Part shown: piece after piece, positions 21,748 through 36,431 of the stretch | Numbering within the stretch: the first letter of the stretch is position 1 | How the letters are laid out: the number at the start of each line of letters is the position of its first letter | DNA from: Oikopleura dioica | Taxonomy: Eukaryota; Animalia; Chordata | Assembly: GCA_907165135.1 (NCBI GenBank) | Contig: OU015567.1 | Span: 9,052,001 to 9,116,000 of the forward strand | DNA length: 64,000 nucleotides | Direction: 5' to 3' | Program-made: the position numbers and the translations under genes | Notes under the pieces: generated by a model | Database searches by the model: none | The model's input: the letters and a program-made list of their open reading frames with translations, nothing else | Told to the model about the DNA's origin: nothing

Positions 21748-24700
21748 TTTTTTGAGGTGAAATTTGCTGGTTTTGCTCCTCGCTCTGCTTTTACAATCGA
21801 TAGTCGCATGAAAAGACCGGACATTACCAAATAGCATCAGACTGAATAAATATTATCTTGCTAGCATTAGGAAACCTAGGAATTACCCAGACGACAGGGT
21901 GTCAAGTGCCTTTGTTTCAGTATCATTTGTTTAGCATTATTTAATAGAGATAAATTATCGCCATTCTTTCAGTACCATCTTCGGAACAAAACAATCATCA
22001 TTTTTTTCGTAAACTTTTCAGAATCTCGATCAGCAGTAAACTTCTCTTGACATTTTAAAATTTCCGAAAAATGTTCCTTACAATCGCTACTAACATTTTT
22101 TCTCGTTCCATAGAGACATGCAGAGTCAATCAGAGAAGACTTTTTTCGATAGAGAAAAACACTCAGGGAAATTGAACCAGCTCAAAGATGATGGTGATTA
22201 TTGATGATGATATCAAAGTTTTGACGACTATCGAGGTGATCCTTTGTTAAAATGACCTGAAACACGTGACAAATATATTTCAGAGAATCGATGTTGCACT
22301 AGGAGATGACGGACCACTTCTCTTGCCAGCAGAAACTTGTTGCATGCAAAACGGACAGAGGATCTGCTACGACATCAGGAAAGCTTAAACCCTAGTGCTC
22401 CTCTTGTAATGGGTAAAATTCACAAGCTTCGAAAAGCAAAGGACCGCCGTGTAGTTATCTATCGAGCCAGTCCAGTGATGATGGCCTTGAAGACTGGGTT
22501 ATTGTACTTTTGATTTTCTCGCCCATTTTTCTCATTGCTCTGAGCATTTTCGGCTGCTGGTTGTTCAAAAAGTGCAAAAACGATAAACAAAATCAACAAA
22601 GAAAGGGTTCAAATCGTATTTATAGTAAAAATTTAAATAATATCTACTTTTTGAATCCAAAATAGCCTTCAATTCTAGCGTTAACTGTTCAATTCCTTTC
22701 TTCTTTATCGTTAATAAATTATAGAAAATGAATCAATGAGCAAGTAAAAATGGCATTATATTATAAAAACTATATTTGTTTTCTGCTGACGAGCAAATTG
22801 ACCAGTTGATCGCATTTTTCTTCGGCTGTGCATTTTTTCTTCCACGGTGTTTCAATTGAATTTTCGCCAAACAGACCTTAGGGTTAGGGTTTGATCAACG
22901 GAAATTCTTTTTACCCGAATAAACCACTTTATAATTACCTGTTAGACATTTCGTGTAGATTCTGCTCAAGTCGTAGACAGTCCAAGCTCGGGCAGATGCA
23001 AGAAAGAAGAAGAAAAAATTCATGATTACTGATTTTTAGTGATTTATAGTGCGAAGAAAGCAGAAAACGACTGTAGTGCACCTTTTTAATTGAATGAAAT
23101 TCGGTTTTTCCCGTAGTTAAATACTGTTGATCTTTTTATCTGATTAAGAAATCATGTCCGAGAAATATTTAATTTGAAAAAATGTTTACAGAGGGGAATC
23201 TACTAAACGAGGATGAATTGCTGAATCATCGAATGGAAAGAGCCAAAAAGTCGGATAAAAAGTTTTATTTTACAAAGTCAAAGACAACGATTTACAAGTT
23301 AAAAATACAGTGTCACCGAGACAGAATGTTATTTCAGATTCGGAAAGATGTTTAACTCGTGAGAAAGTGCTGTAAATGAAGATGTGTGGATAATCTGGCG
23401 CTTTCCGCTTTTGGTTTTCGTTTTCGGCGAAAAGACGAACGCTTTTTTGCTCTTTTTAGTCGCCTAAAAATTTGTATTCTGAAAATTTTGATGAGATAAA
23501 AAATAAGTCGCCAAAAGCTGCAATCAACAAGGAGAAAGTTCAAAATGAGATCCGAGTCTATACAAGTGTGAAAAGGTTGTAAATCAGAAATAGAAAGTGC
23601 GGAAATTACGTCAGCGCTTTCCCAATGTTTTTATTCGCATAATTAGCAGTTTAATTTGACAGCGCCTGCGCTATAAAACGTTCGCAGGTGATCGCCTCCA
23701 GAGTTTCATTTTCCTAATCGCTATTTTTATTCCCACCGCTCTTTTTTCGTTACTCAGGAACTTTTTTGAGCGCTTGTTTTCATAAAAAGTAATCCTTTTT
23801 TCACAAAAAAAATAACTTTATCCCAAATTTAAAAAAAAAAATGATTTTTTTCAGCTATTTTATGAAACAAATTCTAAGCAAGTTTACTGTTGAACTGCTG
23901 AAATTCAGCGATTTATTTGTTAAAAGAACAAATTAGTAAGTAAAAAAATCGCTCACAAGATGAATTAGATGGCAATAAACATTTGCGATCGTTTTCTGTC
24001 ACAATTGTTCAGGTGCAGCTGTGCCTTTACAACTTCTGACAGACTTGCCGGATGATCTTTCTATTTTTGCTCTTTTTTGTTTTGCAAAATTACGCCTCGT
24101 TCGGCCGTGTGCCTGAAAAAAAGATGGCCATCAATTATCAAATAATATTACATTATCATTATATTATAAGTTCATTAACTGTCTGAAAAATTCCTAGGTG
24201 GCGATATCGTTAATCTAAAAAATAAATTATAATTTCAGTAAAAGAAAATCTTAATGGATTCAAGAGGGCAAAAGGTCCCCTTTCGATTAGTTAAAATTAG
24301 TGCGTGAATGGGGCGCATTTACGAGATGTGAATAATTCTGCGGATGAAAGTACGAATATATCAACGGCGCTCATAAAACACAATAATTCGTCTTTTCCAG
24401 ACAACGAACAGTCACGTAAAACCCTACAGCCAGGTTTTCAGCTCATCGTTCAAATTCCACCTGACGACGTACTCGGAGAATCAAATCTCAAAGTCAAATT
24501 TTCGAAGAATTAAAAAAAAGAGAATTTTTAAAAAAGATCAAAAGGGCGTAATCAAAAAACACCTCATCATCGTAAAAACTGAGTGATTGGGTACCGGAGA
24601 GGTTAAATCACCTGTTTAGGTAGTAATAACTCTTCTTTTTCGTGAATTCTTGGGGGCGCGGAGTCAGATTTTCAATACCAAATAATAAACAGCTGACCCA

Positions 24701-27700
24701 GATTCATAAATAAAATAAAAAAGGCGCTTCCTGTGTTGCTTTGAATCGGGCCCCCGTTATCAGCATTTCAAAGGGCGCCTGAGGCGAGTGTGAAGCGCCC
24801 TGCTGCGCCCGCCCGTTTTCCAGGTCGAGTACTCTCATAAAATTTCATGGCTATTGTGGGCACAGTTTTTGACAATTTACCGAAATTCCTCGATTGGAAT
24901 TCGCGGCTGCTCGGCACACAACGGGAGCTCAAATAATGGACGCGTCTTTCTTCATAAATAATGGTCCCTTTCAATTTGAGTTTCAGATAATAATGGACAG
25001 ACACTTTTGTGGAATTAGAAAACGGTAGCGCCGTTTCCCACGATCAAAATACCGGCATCACTAAAGAATTTCATTTTCTTATTTCTTTCCTAACGAACTC
25101 TCATTTCATAATGAAGGGTAGTCTGTTCTACCCCGAGTACTTCTATGCGGCTTTTAATGAAAGGTCTTTCAGATCCTGAGTCAGTTTTAGCCCATGCCTT
25201 TTAAAATATCAAAGAGATCATCAGTTTTTGACATTGAATGAATTTATGTTTGTCTAACACGTGATCTAAGACGGGTCGCCTTTAGCTTCAGCGGCAGAAA
25301 ATGTTAGAAAGGTGTGACGACCCTTGCGGGATTTGTTGTGTTGTATTGCGGTGGCGCATTAGGATCGCCCGCCGAGACAATGCCGGAGAGAGCGGGGCGC
25401 TCAACTGGTGGCGCCAGCTGACACACTTTTTCGCCTATCCTATCCTCCTCTCGCCCCTGTTTCGGATAGCCGACTCTTCTTTTCGATTCCTAATGTGCGT
25501 GTCGTAATTTTTAAAATTTTCTTCCAAAAAAGAGATTCTTGAAAAGAGATTTTGAAGAAAAAAGAGCAACGGTAAACAAACATATACGGTCGTTCACAAC
25601 AATAATCAGCCCCACCACAATCAGCACCGGCACCACGATAGATTTATATGTTCCTTCGGCAGCCCCGGGGCACAAACGCACTGATAACTATGCCCAATTA
25701 TCCGACTACTGGACGATCAGAAAAAGACTTGTCTTTTTTATCAGTTTCGAGGACTGTCTCTTGATAACTGTCCATTTTCAGTTCATATTTGACATCTCTC
25801 CCCGTTCTAGTTCGAATTTGAGTTGATTTCATATTGTATATAAGCAGATACTATTTAAAGTAATAACACCAGAAATGAGTACAATGGGTAGGTTTAGACT
25901 TGCGCAGCCGCGGGCCCAGTTGATAAAGAAAAACTCTTAAAAATGAACTTATTCCTTTTTTACCTTCTCTAGTTTAACATTCGGTTGGTGCTCTTGAATT
26001 CAACACGTCTACGTGCGTGACTTGTTGAAACCACCAGTGTCTTGTCCTGGGACGGGGAGACAAGTAGGTCAAGGTCGCCATCTCCGGCTAATTTAAAATT
26101 AAATGATTGAAAAAAGGCGGCGGTGGAGGAGCGTGGCGGCGCGCTCCGGACACGAGTGCGATCTCACTCCTCGCTTCACCGAGATGAGTGACTGAGATAT
26201 CTGTTGAGAGGATAACGCCCCAAGGGCACTTCCCGCAAATCATCTCAAATCGAAATTGCTGCGCCAATTTACTGCTACTCCCCCAGATAGTAAACTCAAT
26301 ATAAATAGTAATACAAGCTCCAGCGATAGAGATTAATCCGAGAAGATACCCTTAAGAATTGCGTCAACTTGAGAGAAAACACCAGAATCGCGGAAATAAT
26401 AAATTTAACATTTCTTTCTTTTTCAACCTAGAGAGTCGTAAAACGAAGAAAAAAAATATTGGATGCATACAAAAAAAAAATGAAGCACAAAAGCGCCTGT
26501 TGAGATGACCCCGATTTTAAATCACTCCCTGCCAAAAAAAAGGGAGACAAAAGCCAACTACCGGAAAACGGACGGAGTTTGACGACCATATAGGTTCACA
26601 TCGGCTGCATAAATTTGCTCAAGCGGCGTAAAAATCGGAGTATAAACAATAATAAAACTCGGTAAATTAAAAATCGGAATTTGAAATCGGAATTCGAAAT
26701 CTTTCTCTGATTTACGATATTTTGTTCTTTATCAAGATTTTATTGCAACTCCTTTGATTGAAATCTAAAAAAGAGTTGTTTACCATCAAGTTATTCTATG
26801 ACTTAAAGTAGAATCTACGCTAATTACAGTTAATTTTCTAAAGCAGCTGCTTTCGCGGAATTCGTAAAATGCGTTAATAAGCCTCAACTATTTTGCGAGT
26901 ATTTTCTTCCGGCGCTGCTCACACCTGATCAGAGCAACTTTATTCATTTATATCTTCCAATAAATTGGCCAAGGCCAAAGTGAGAAAAACAATTTTATCA
27001 CTTTATTTCGCATCTGACGATTTAAAAAAAAAGATGATCGTCTTGCCTCTTTTGCGAGTATTTATGGGAAGAGCTCGATTCGCGGGTCTCAAAATTTTTT
27101 GATCGATTAGGTGGAAAATTCTCGGTCAAATTGGCAATTGGGGAGGGCGAACAAAAGATGCGATTTGGGTTAACTGTAATTTGCATCGATTACTGACTGG
27201 AAGACGCCGGTAATTTTGAAGACTCACAGTCATTTTCCGACAGTTAAAGGCTCTGCTTTGAACTGCCTGGTCTTGACCCTGAACTCCCATTGGTCGTTGG
27301 TCGGGGCGATGCGCACCACCTGGTGGCTGAAATTTTCTAGCTGCCCCGGTATTGCGGGCTCTAGTAGTACGTGATTAATTCTGGTGTGGGTGGCCATATT
27401 GTTGGTGAACAAAGACTTTCAAAAAAGCGGCTCGACGTGCTCATCAAAGCCTGCTCGGCCGTAAAATTGTTGCCGTTGCTCTATTCTGCTCTGTGCCCTA
27501 GCGTGTAGCTTTGGCCAAGTAAATCTTGCCCTTTTTGCGCCGCGAAATCCCCTGTCCGTCCTTGCGGGCGTAAAAACACGCACACTCGCCCAGGGCCACT
27601 CCAATCCTTTCAACTTTTGCTCGAGAGACACAATGCGAAACGCGAGACTCCAATGCTCCTCCAAACAGCCACGCACAATGGAATTGAAAATTTAGAGAGA

Positions 27701-27848
27701 CAAACGCCGAAACAGAAAAAAATCATACCCACACAAGAGAAAGAACCCTCCCCTCTTCACTCCTTTTATTTCCTTTTTCGGCAAGAACTTATCGAAGAAT
27801 ATTTTCAGAAAAGTGAGAATCGGTGCTGAGTTTCAGTAAAATTTGGGA

Positions 27849-30800
27849 ATGAAAGTCGCGCAGCTGCTCCTAGGCGCCGGCGTTTGGGCACAGCAAAATG
27901 CTCAAGGCGATTCTGAACATTACAGTGATTGCTCGACGGGCCACTGTTTCCCCGGTAATTTATTTTGGTTTTATTACGATTTCGATTAAATTGTGTGGTT
28001 ATTTCATCATCGTTTCAGCCACTGGAGATCTATTAATTGGACGAGAAAGTAGATTATCCGCCACTTCGACATGTGGTCTCGAGGGCGAAGAAGGATTCTG
28101 CATCGTTTCAAATACAAACGGACAAGGTCCCTGTAAACAGTGTGATACCAGGCGGAAGTGGTCGCCGTCCGATCCATCAACCCACAATGCACATAATATC
28201 GAAAACATCATTGCCTTCAAGTCAGAGGTACAAAAAACCATTTCATAGCAAAGAAATCACGAATTTTTCTAAAGGATATCTCGCCGGCTTACGAAAGGCG
28301 TTGGTGGCAGTCCGAAAACGGCAAAGATGAAGTGTCGATTCAAGTCGATTTCGAAGCCGAATTCTTGTTCACCCACCTTATCATGACTTTCAAAACATTC
28401 CGACCCGCCTCCATGTCCGTTTACCGCTCCTCAGATAATGGCGCTAGTTGGAAACCTTACAGGTCAAGTTCAAAATCATTTCTGAAATCAAGGAAGAGAT
28501 TCTCCAACTGAGAATCGATCGATTTTGAACTTGAAAATAGACATTTCGCAGAAGACTGCGCCAGTAGCTTTCCCGATGTTGAAGCGACCCCAAATCAAGA
28601 TACCATCGATCAAGTCGTCTGTGATGATTCCTACGGCAAGAAAGTACCAACTACTAATGGCGAACTCGTACTCAAGGTAATATTCTAAGCGTATGATTAT
28701 GCGCTTGAGTCAAAGGAGCTCGAGATAGATCAAAAGAGTATTCAGCTGATTTGTGAACTTTTTAAGCGTTTCCCAAGCTGTCATAAAATAAAATGTTATA
28801 TTCATTGCCTCCTTATATAGACTTAGTAGGCAAAATACTAGGTAGACCATCATCAAAAAGGAAAATTTCGATGCTAATTTACAATTTTGAGCTCAAATCA
28901 CAGATTTTGAATTAGTATGTTACGAAAAAATTACAGTTTTTCAAAAAAAACTTCAGGTTTTGGATCCCCAATTGACGGAATCAATGGACCCCTATTCGCC
29001 CGAAATCCGCGATTTGCTTCAAGTAACCAACATCCGAATCGACTTCCACGAGCTGCACACGCTTGGTGACGATCATATGGATAACTCCCACGACGCTACC
29101 AATAAATACTACTATGCCGTTTACAACTTAGGTAATGGGTGGCATCAAACGCCGCGCTAAAGTTCAACTCAAGTTTGCCAAATCGTTAATTATAACTTTA
29201 TTTCGGCAAAATGAAATAACTCATACTTATACTCTATTCTAGTTCTTCGTGGGTCCTGTTTCTGCAATGGTCACGCCAGCCAGTGTGTGCCCAAGGACGA
29301 CGAAATCGTCAACGCGGATGTTTATGGAAAGTGTAACTGTCAGCACGGAACTGCAGGTCTCAACTGCGAAAAGGTAAGAAACGAACGATCAAAAAAGATC
29401 ATCAATTTTATTTCTAGTGTGCCGACTTCCATCATGACCAGCCTTGGATGCCCGCTCGAGCTAATCAAACCTTCGAGTGCAAACGTAAGTCTACGACTAT
29501 GAGCGATTTAAAACGGCGTTACCCCTCGACGGATAATCATTTTGAAAGCAAAGCGTGAGGAAGTGGATTGTTTTTACGAGCGACTCTTCTTCTCACTCAT
29601 GCTTGTTTCACCGTTTGATCGGGAAATGATTGTCCAAGAAGGAAAATGAATTGTAACGGAAGTTCTTTTCAGGATGCGAGTGTTACGGGCACGCCACCGA
29701 GTGTCACTTTGACCCGGCGGTTTACGAAGCTACGGATAGGACATCAGGAGGTGTCTGCGAAAACTGCAAGCACAACACGGAGGGACGCATGTGCGAACGA
29801 TGCATTGAGGGATTTTACCAAGATCCACTCAAGAACATCAATGATCCCGTAAGTTTCGCAGAAATAAAAGAAAACTTGAAGTTCACCTAACTCGTAAAAA
29901 GTCAACTCCCGTATGTATCCTCCGAAAAATGGAGCACAGACAGGGCGGTAAACATAAGCATATCCTCATTTCAGCGATGAAGCCCCAGAGTCCAGGCCCA
30001 GACATGCTGGTGCCAGCAAAAGTAGCCACTCAAGCGTGACTCTTTTTTGAGGCGTCCGCTTAGGAACAATACTATTATCAACCGTAGCTTCTTTAGTTAT
30101 AAGAAAATAATTGTTGACAACTCAAGCATCCGGAAATTTTTCCTTCTTTCCTTCTTCAACCTCTTTTCTTCAGGAAATCTGCGTCCCGTGCGATTGCGAT
30201 CCCGCTGGTGTTGTTGGCGCTTGCGATCGTGCGACAATTCCCGGTCCAGATGGAACTGTTGCTGGTCGATGCCGATGCAAGGCAAATGTCATGGGCGAAC
30301 GGTGTGACCAATGCAAACCCGGCTTCCACTCGTTGGATCCCAACAATCCCGACGGCTGCTCCCCTTGCGACTGCGACGATCGCGGCTCGGTGACCCGAGG
30401 CGGCTCTGTTTGCGATCCGCTCAACGGCCAGTGCCACTGTAAGAGCAATGTCACGGGAGGGCGCTGCGATACTTGCGCGCCGCACACATACGGCTTGAGC
30501 TCAGGTGACGCTGATGGCTGTAAAAAGTGCAGATGTGATATTGGTGGCTCGCTCAATCAAAACTGCAACACTGTTGACGGTAAAAAAGCCTCAAAATTCT
30601 GCTCTAAATATATTTCAAGGAAAATGTACTTGTCGACCAAACATCACTGGCCAGCGCTGTAACGATGTCAAGGAAGATCATTTCTTGCCTAATCCCTTCC
30701 TTGTAAGTCGAAAAAACCGAAAAGAGAATCAGCAAAACTTTTAATAATGCAATCAAAGTATTATTATTCAGTTTTGAGCTTTACCGCTAAAAGCAAGTTT

Positions 30801-33800
30801 CTCACGCGATATTCAATTGTTGTAAAAATCTCTTGGATATCGCTAAATACGGAAACCGACCTTCTTTTGAAGCGCAAACTTCAAAAATTCTTAACAAGCG
30901 AAAAAAATCAAAAAAAAAACAAAAAAGGGATAAAACAATGGATTTTAGGACACTATGGTCACTGGGCCAGATGGCCTCAACAGTGACGGGGTCGAGTTGA
31001 TTCCGATCGTCTTGGCGCCCGTCGCCTACTATCCCCCTCAGCCGGTAAAGAATCTACCACAAACCCATAACATAAAAAAAAACAACCCATAAACCAACCC
31101 ATATTCCAAACTTTCGTTTTCGACAAAAACATAAACCAAACCGGCCATTTCAAACAACCAAATCTCATCTTTTTGGGGAACTCATTCGGGGAATTTCATT
31201 AAAAAATAATAAAATAAGATCATCAACCAAAAAACCGCTTTATCCGCTTTACTCATGCTCTAACATAACATTTCGGTGTCATCAAAAACAAACTCGATCG
31301 TAAAATTGATTTGTAGACGTCTGGTTTCAACGAGGATCCTAATGAGTACTACGACGGGTACCCTCATTATTCTCGTCCAATTTCTGATAGCTACTCTCTC
31401 TGTAAGTATTTTCTTGCAGAACCAATCTTTCAATGTATGAGTAGCCAATCATGGATCCACCTACGGCTATGAAAACATCAACCAGTACGTTCCAGCCCGA
31501 CCAGGCACTTCTGTTCTCTTTGAAGTCGGAGATCTCCCTCGATCGTTGCCTTATTCTCTTCATTTGAAAATCTCTCCACAGGTACAAAAACAAAAATATC
31601 ATTCTCTGGGGATTTTAAATTTGTGATTTCTTCTTTATTTTGATCGTTTCATTATAAAATTATCAGGCTCCTGATCGTATCAGACGTGAAGTCCAGGATA
31701 CGAAGGTAATGTATCTAGTTGCTCATCGCAAAAAAAACAGCATAAATATTTCTGACAACAGAAATCTTCATTCGACGCATTGTCTTTCGTTTTCTAATAG
31801 GTTTGCTTGTAGAAGAAAATAAAAGCGAGGCCGCTGTTTTTATCAAAAGCAAAAATATTGAAAATGAAACAGACATGCACCAGAAAATTCTTGACCAAAT
31901 TTTCAAAAAGCCCTCTTTTAGAAAAAAATCCAAAAGAGAAATGAATGCACCCAAACTTGGACACAATTTCATCGGTTTCAAGTTTGGTGCCGAGATTCTT
32001 AATTGAATCGAGAGCATTCTTTTTTTGGATATATTTGCTAATGAAATTCTAGCTTTTGTTAAAACTCTTTCTAGGGAGGAAACTGGTCTCCAGTCGAAGT
32101 TGAAATCATTCGACCTCCAACGGACACTCGTGACATTGATAGTCCCTGCTTCAACTCGAAACCCGAGGATGATTCGTGGACAGCTACTATTCCCACTGAT
32201 GAGCCACTCGTTGCTCTCGGAAAAGACAAGTACACCTGCCTCGAGACCGATGCCGACAAAGGAACCGTGACTCCCTACAAGTTCAAAATCACTCTTCCAA
32301 AAACTAACAACTATGGAGATGATGAAGAGGACGACAACAAGATTTTCTGGATCGAACGACTCCAACTTGTTCCAAAACTTGACACTGAAAACGGCTACCC
32401 TGGATTCAAGGAAGAATTCAATGCTGAAGCCCCTAAGCTTATCAGTAAGTTATACTCTCCAATTCTTCTCCTAATTTGATTTCAGCTGCATACGAGAAGT
32501 GCATGTTAAACACAATGGATCTTCCAGATGTTGGTGTTCTCGAAAAAGACTGCGACGCAATGACTTATTCAATTTCCTCTTGGTTCCACCAAGGCGCGAA
32601 ATCATGTGACTGCGACCAGACTGGTTCTATTTCTCGCTCTTGTGATCCTTCCGGTGGTCAGTGCGAGTGCCGAGAAGGTGTTACTGGCAGAACTTGCAAC
32701 CAGTGCGCGGCTGGCTTCTTTGGCTTCTCACACACCGGCTGCCAAGTTTGCGATTGCAACAGACGCGGAACTGTCAACCAGAGCCAATTCTGCGAACAAC
32801 AATCCGGCCAGTGCCAGTGCTTGGACGGCGTTGGCGGGCGACAGTGCGATCGATGCTTGCCTGGCTTCTATGACTTCCCCAACTGCAAAAAGTGCGAATG
32901 CAACGGACACGCGAACGAATGCGATTCCGTCACTGGCGAATGCTTGAACTGCGCTCATGACACCACAGGTCCCAATTGCGAGCAATGCGCAGATGGCTAC
33001 TACGGTGATCCGACTTCAGTAACCAACAGCCAGTGTTCTCAATGTCTTTGCCCCGACGGGCCAAAATCTAATCGACAGTTTGCCGACACTTGCAGTTTGT
33101 CTCGAATGCGAGGAAGCTCCAACCGTGAAGATGAGCAGCGAGGACCACGACCTTCAGTCGTCATGTGCAATTGTAATCCAGGCTACCAGGGGCTTCAGTG
33201 CGAGCAGTGTGCGCCTGGGCATTTTGGAAACCCAATGGAGCCATTTGGAAGCTGCAATCCTTGCGAGTGCAACGGAAACATCGATACTTCGGATCCAGAT
33301 GCCTGCGACGCTAGAACTGGAGAATGCCTCAAGTGCTTGTACAACAGAGGCGGCGCTGACTGTAGCGAGTGTGCCGATGGATATTATGAGCAGCCGAATG
33401 CCGATGGAACTGACTTTACTTGTGTTCCATGCGGATGCGACGAGCGGGGAAGAGATCCTTTTGTTGGAAACACTGTAAGTCCACGACTATAAGTCTTAGA
33501 CCTATTAACTAACTGAAAATTCTAGTGCGACAAGAAAACTGGCCAATGCGCTTGTTTGGACAAAGTAGAAGGCCGAACTTGCAACTCCTGCCGAAACAAC
33601 TTCTTCGATCTTGCTAATGCTGTTGACAACGGAGGCTGCCAAGCTTGCGGCTGTGATCCAGAAAACTCAAAGGACATCTCCGGCGAGCAGCCTTGCGATA
33701 TGGTGAGTATATTTCGAGAAATTTTAGCATCTAACTAATATGGTAGTTATAAATGTTAGCAATTGAATGGAGCAAGTTTTATGTGACACTCGCGGTTGCT

Positions 33801-36431
33801 CATATAAAATGGTCAAAATTACGGCCATTAAAGCTCGATTGCTTTGATGGCCTGTCAGCCTGCCAAGCTCGTGCTCGCTAGCTGACAATTTACCCGTTCA
33901 AAATAAATCCTAAACATTCCTCAACAATCAAACTTTTATTTAATGCACCCGCTTGTTTCTGCATTTAGACATGCTGCATGTCACGTGCCAAAGAAACTAT
34001 AATTCAAATAAATTAGGAAAAATTTCAGACTTACAACTTTAATTAAGGTTACTGGCCAATGTCGATGCAAAGATGGATTCGGCGGTCGCGACTGCAAATC
34101 TTGTGAAAAGGGCTACTACGGCGATCCCAAAATCGGAAAATGCGAGGCCTGTGACTGTGACCCAAGCGGTGTGCATGATCCCTTTGCCTGCAATGCATGG
34201 ACTGGTCAATGCGAGTGCAAGCCTGGAATCGGTGGACAGCATTGTGATCGATGTGAACGAGGCTACCACGGAATCGCTCCTGATTGTGAACCCTGCGGCG
34301 AGTGCTTCGACAGTTGGGACGGAATCATCGGAGAACTAATCGACGAAACTAAAGCCGTCCTTGCCACTGTGGATAATATTCGGGACAATGGTGTTACAGG
34401 TAAAAATATTTATCTTTTCGAAAATATCTAACTCTCATTATTCAGGAGTTTACAAAGCGGAATTCGACCAAATCGCAGCCAACCTTGCTAATGCTCGCGA
34501 CACTCTTTCTCAAAACGAAGAAATGAACCAGCTCGAGCGATTCATGGCTGAAATCGAATCAGAGACGAATTTGGGACACAGCCGTCTTGATGACATCAAG
34601 GACTCATTTGGAGACATCAACGCCCTCGATCAGCGACAAAAACAGCAACTCGCCATTTTGAAGGAAGAAATGGACAGCAGAAGACTTGAACTTGCTGAAC
34701 TTACTTCTGCCTTGGACGAAGCTGAAGATAAGGATCCTCATGTTCTTTGGGGACGAATCAAGCAAGCTGTTGCTGATGCTGCCAAATATGAAATCCTCGC
34801 TAAGGTATTTTCAATTAATTCACTTCAAAAACTCATAATTTTCTTAGAAAGCTGTTGGTGTTTTCCATAATGCCGATGATCCCAAAACCAATTTCCTCCT
34901 TGCTTCCAAGAATATCCGCGAGTCCGTTGTCCAAGGAATGAACCAGCGAGAAGAAGAATTCCAGCAGAAATCGCAAGAACTTGATATTCTCATCGATGAT
35001 GTCGAACCAAAGATTCGGGAGCTTTCGATTGGCGAGATCAACCAAGCTGTCTGCGGCGCCTACACTGAAGACTGCGATGAAGTCTGTGGTGGCGCTCAGT
35101 GTTTGACCTCCAACGGAAAGGTAAAAATTTTCACATTAAACTAAATCTATCAAAAATATCAGCAACACTGCGGAAACGCCAACTACGACGTTTTCAACCG
35201 AGGCCCACGAGTCAACACCTGTGAAGAGTCAGCTTATCAAATCTCTGTTTCTGCTAAAACTCACGCTGAAAACGCTCAAAAGCGACTTGAAGACATCCGA
35301 GAAAAAGTCGATGAAGCTCTCAATGACACTAAAGAGGTCCGCGAGGATGCTTTGGGAGCAAAGGAAGCTGCTGAGAAAGTCCGACAGAAGGTAGAACTCA
35401 TTGATCTTTCCAATTTTCTTACTTTTCCATAGGCAACTGATGTCGAAAAGAACATCCGCGAGTACACTGATCGAATCATCAACTTGGTGGAAGAAATCGA
35501 AGACTTCCTCTCAGCTGATGAGCATACCGATCCCGAAGACATCCTCAAGGTCGCCAAGCAAGTTCTTGCGATTGAACTTCCAGACTCGAACAAGATCAAC
35601 GAGCTCAAGGAGAAAATGAACTCACTCAGCATTCGACCTAGCGATTCTAGCTCTCCTGATGATAATCTTTCCCTCACTGCGGTTACGTCCATCGCTCAAA
35701 AGGCTACAAAGGTCTTGCGAGAGGCTCAAGAGCTCTCCGACAAGGTAAGAGTTGGAAAAACGATCAGAAGTTATATTTTGATAAAAGGTGAACCGAGCCG
35801 CTGACAACTTTGACCTGAAAGAGTCAAACTGCAATGAGGCAACAGGAAAGAACCTCGAGGCGAATGAGGTTAACGACGCTGCCAAAATCAAGATCGCAGA
35901 AACGACCACCCTGATCGAAGATTTGAAACTCAAGCTTGCTGAACTTGCAGGCCTCGTCGACGACCAGACCATCCAGCAAAAGCGTACTCAGCTCAACAAC
36001 AAGATCACTGAATCGAACAGCAACATTGTCATGGCCACTGAAGAATTGACAGAAGCAGACGAGCTGTTCGAAGAATTCCGACCTCGATACGAAGAATTCA
36101 AAAACAGCGGCGATCGAGACTACGCGATTGAATTTACTGACAAAGTTGATGAGCTTAGGCACACACAGGATAGCGCCAAGGACTTGGAGGCGAATGTCGG
36201 CCAGCTTTTAGAAGACGTGAAGGAGTGGCACAAGAAACTCCAGGATCTCAAGGAGAAATACGAGAAAGTCAAGGAAGAAGTCAACACGAGCACGGTAAGA
36301 GACTGAGTAAAAATACTTGGTAGAATAAACTCAAAATTCAGACAAACTTGGGCGAGCTGAAACAGCGAGCCGAGAGTGTCCGCAAGAACATCTACCAGAA
36401 ACTGTACAATCCTGAACAATGCGGCAACTAA
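27849..36431 (+). CDS. LAMB1: Laminin subunit beta
   Basis: LN domain ([33 protein letters not shown]); laminin EGF repeats; LF domain; beta-knob [17 protein letters not shown]; long coiled coil. Confidence 0.93.

Noticed and set aside
22878-22890. TTAGGGTTAGGG telomere-like repeat (also ~55025)
   Set aside because: Only two units; chance occurrence is sufficient.
22100-23030. Short exon-like fragments on both strands (possible secreted peptides)
   Set aside because: No complete start-to-stop model or family match could be built.
30156-36419. Numerous antisense and alternative-frame ORFs over laminin
   Set aside because: They are shadows of the Cys-rich and coiled-coil coding sequence.
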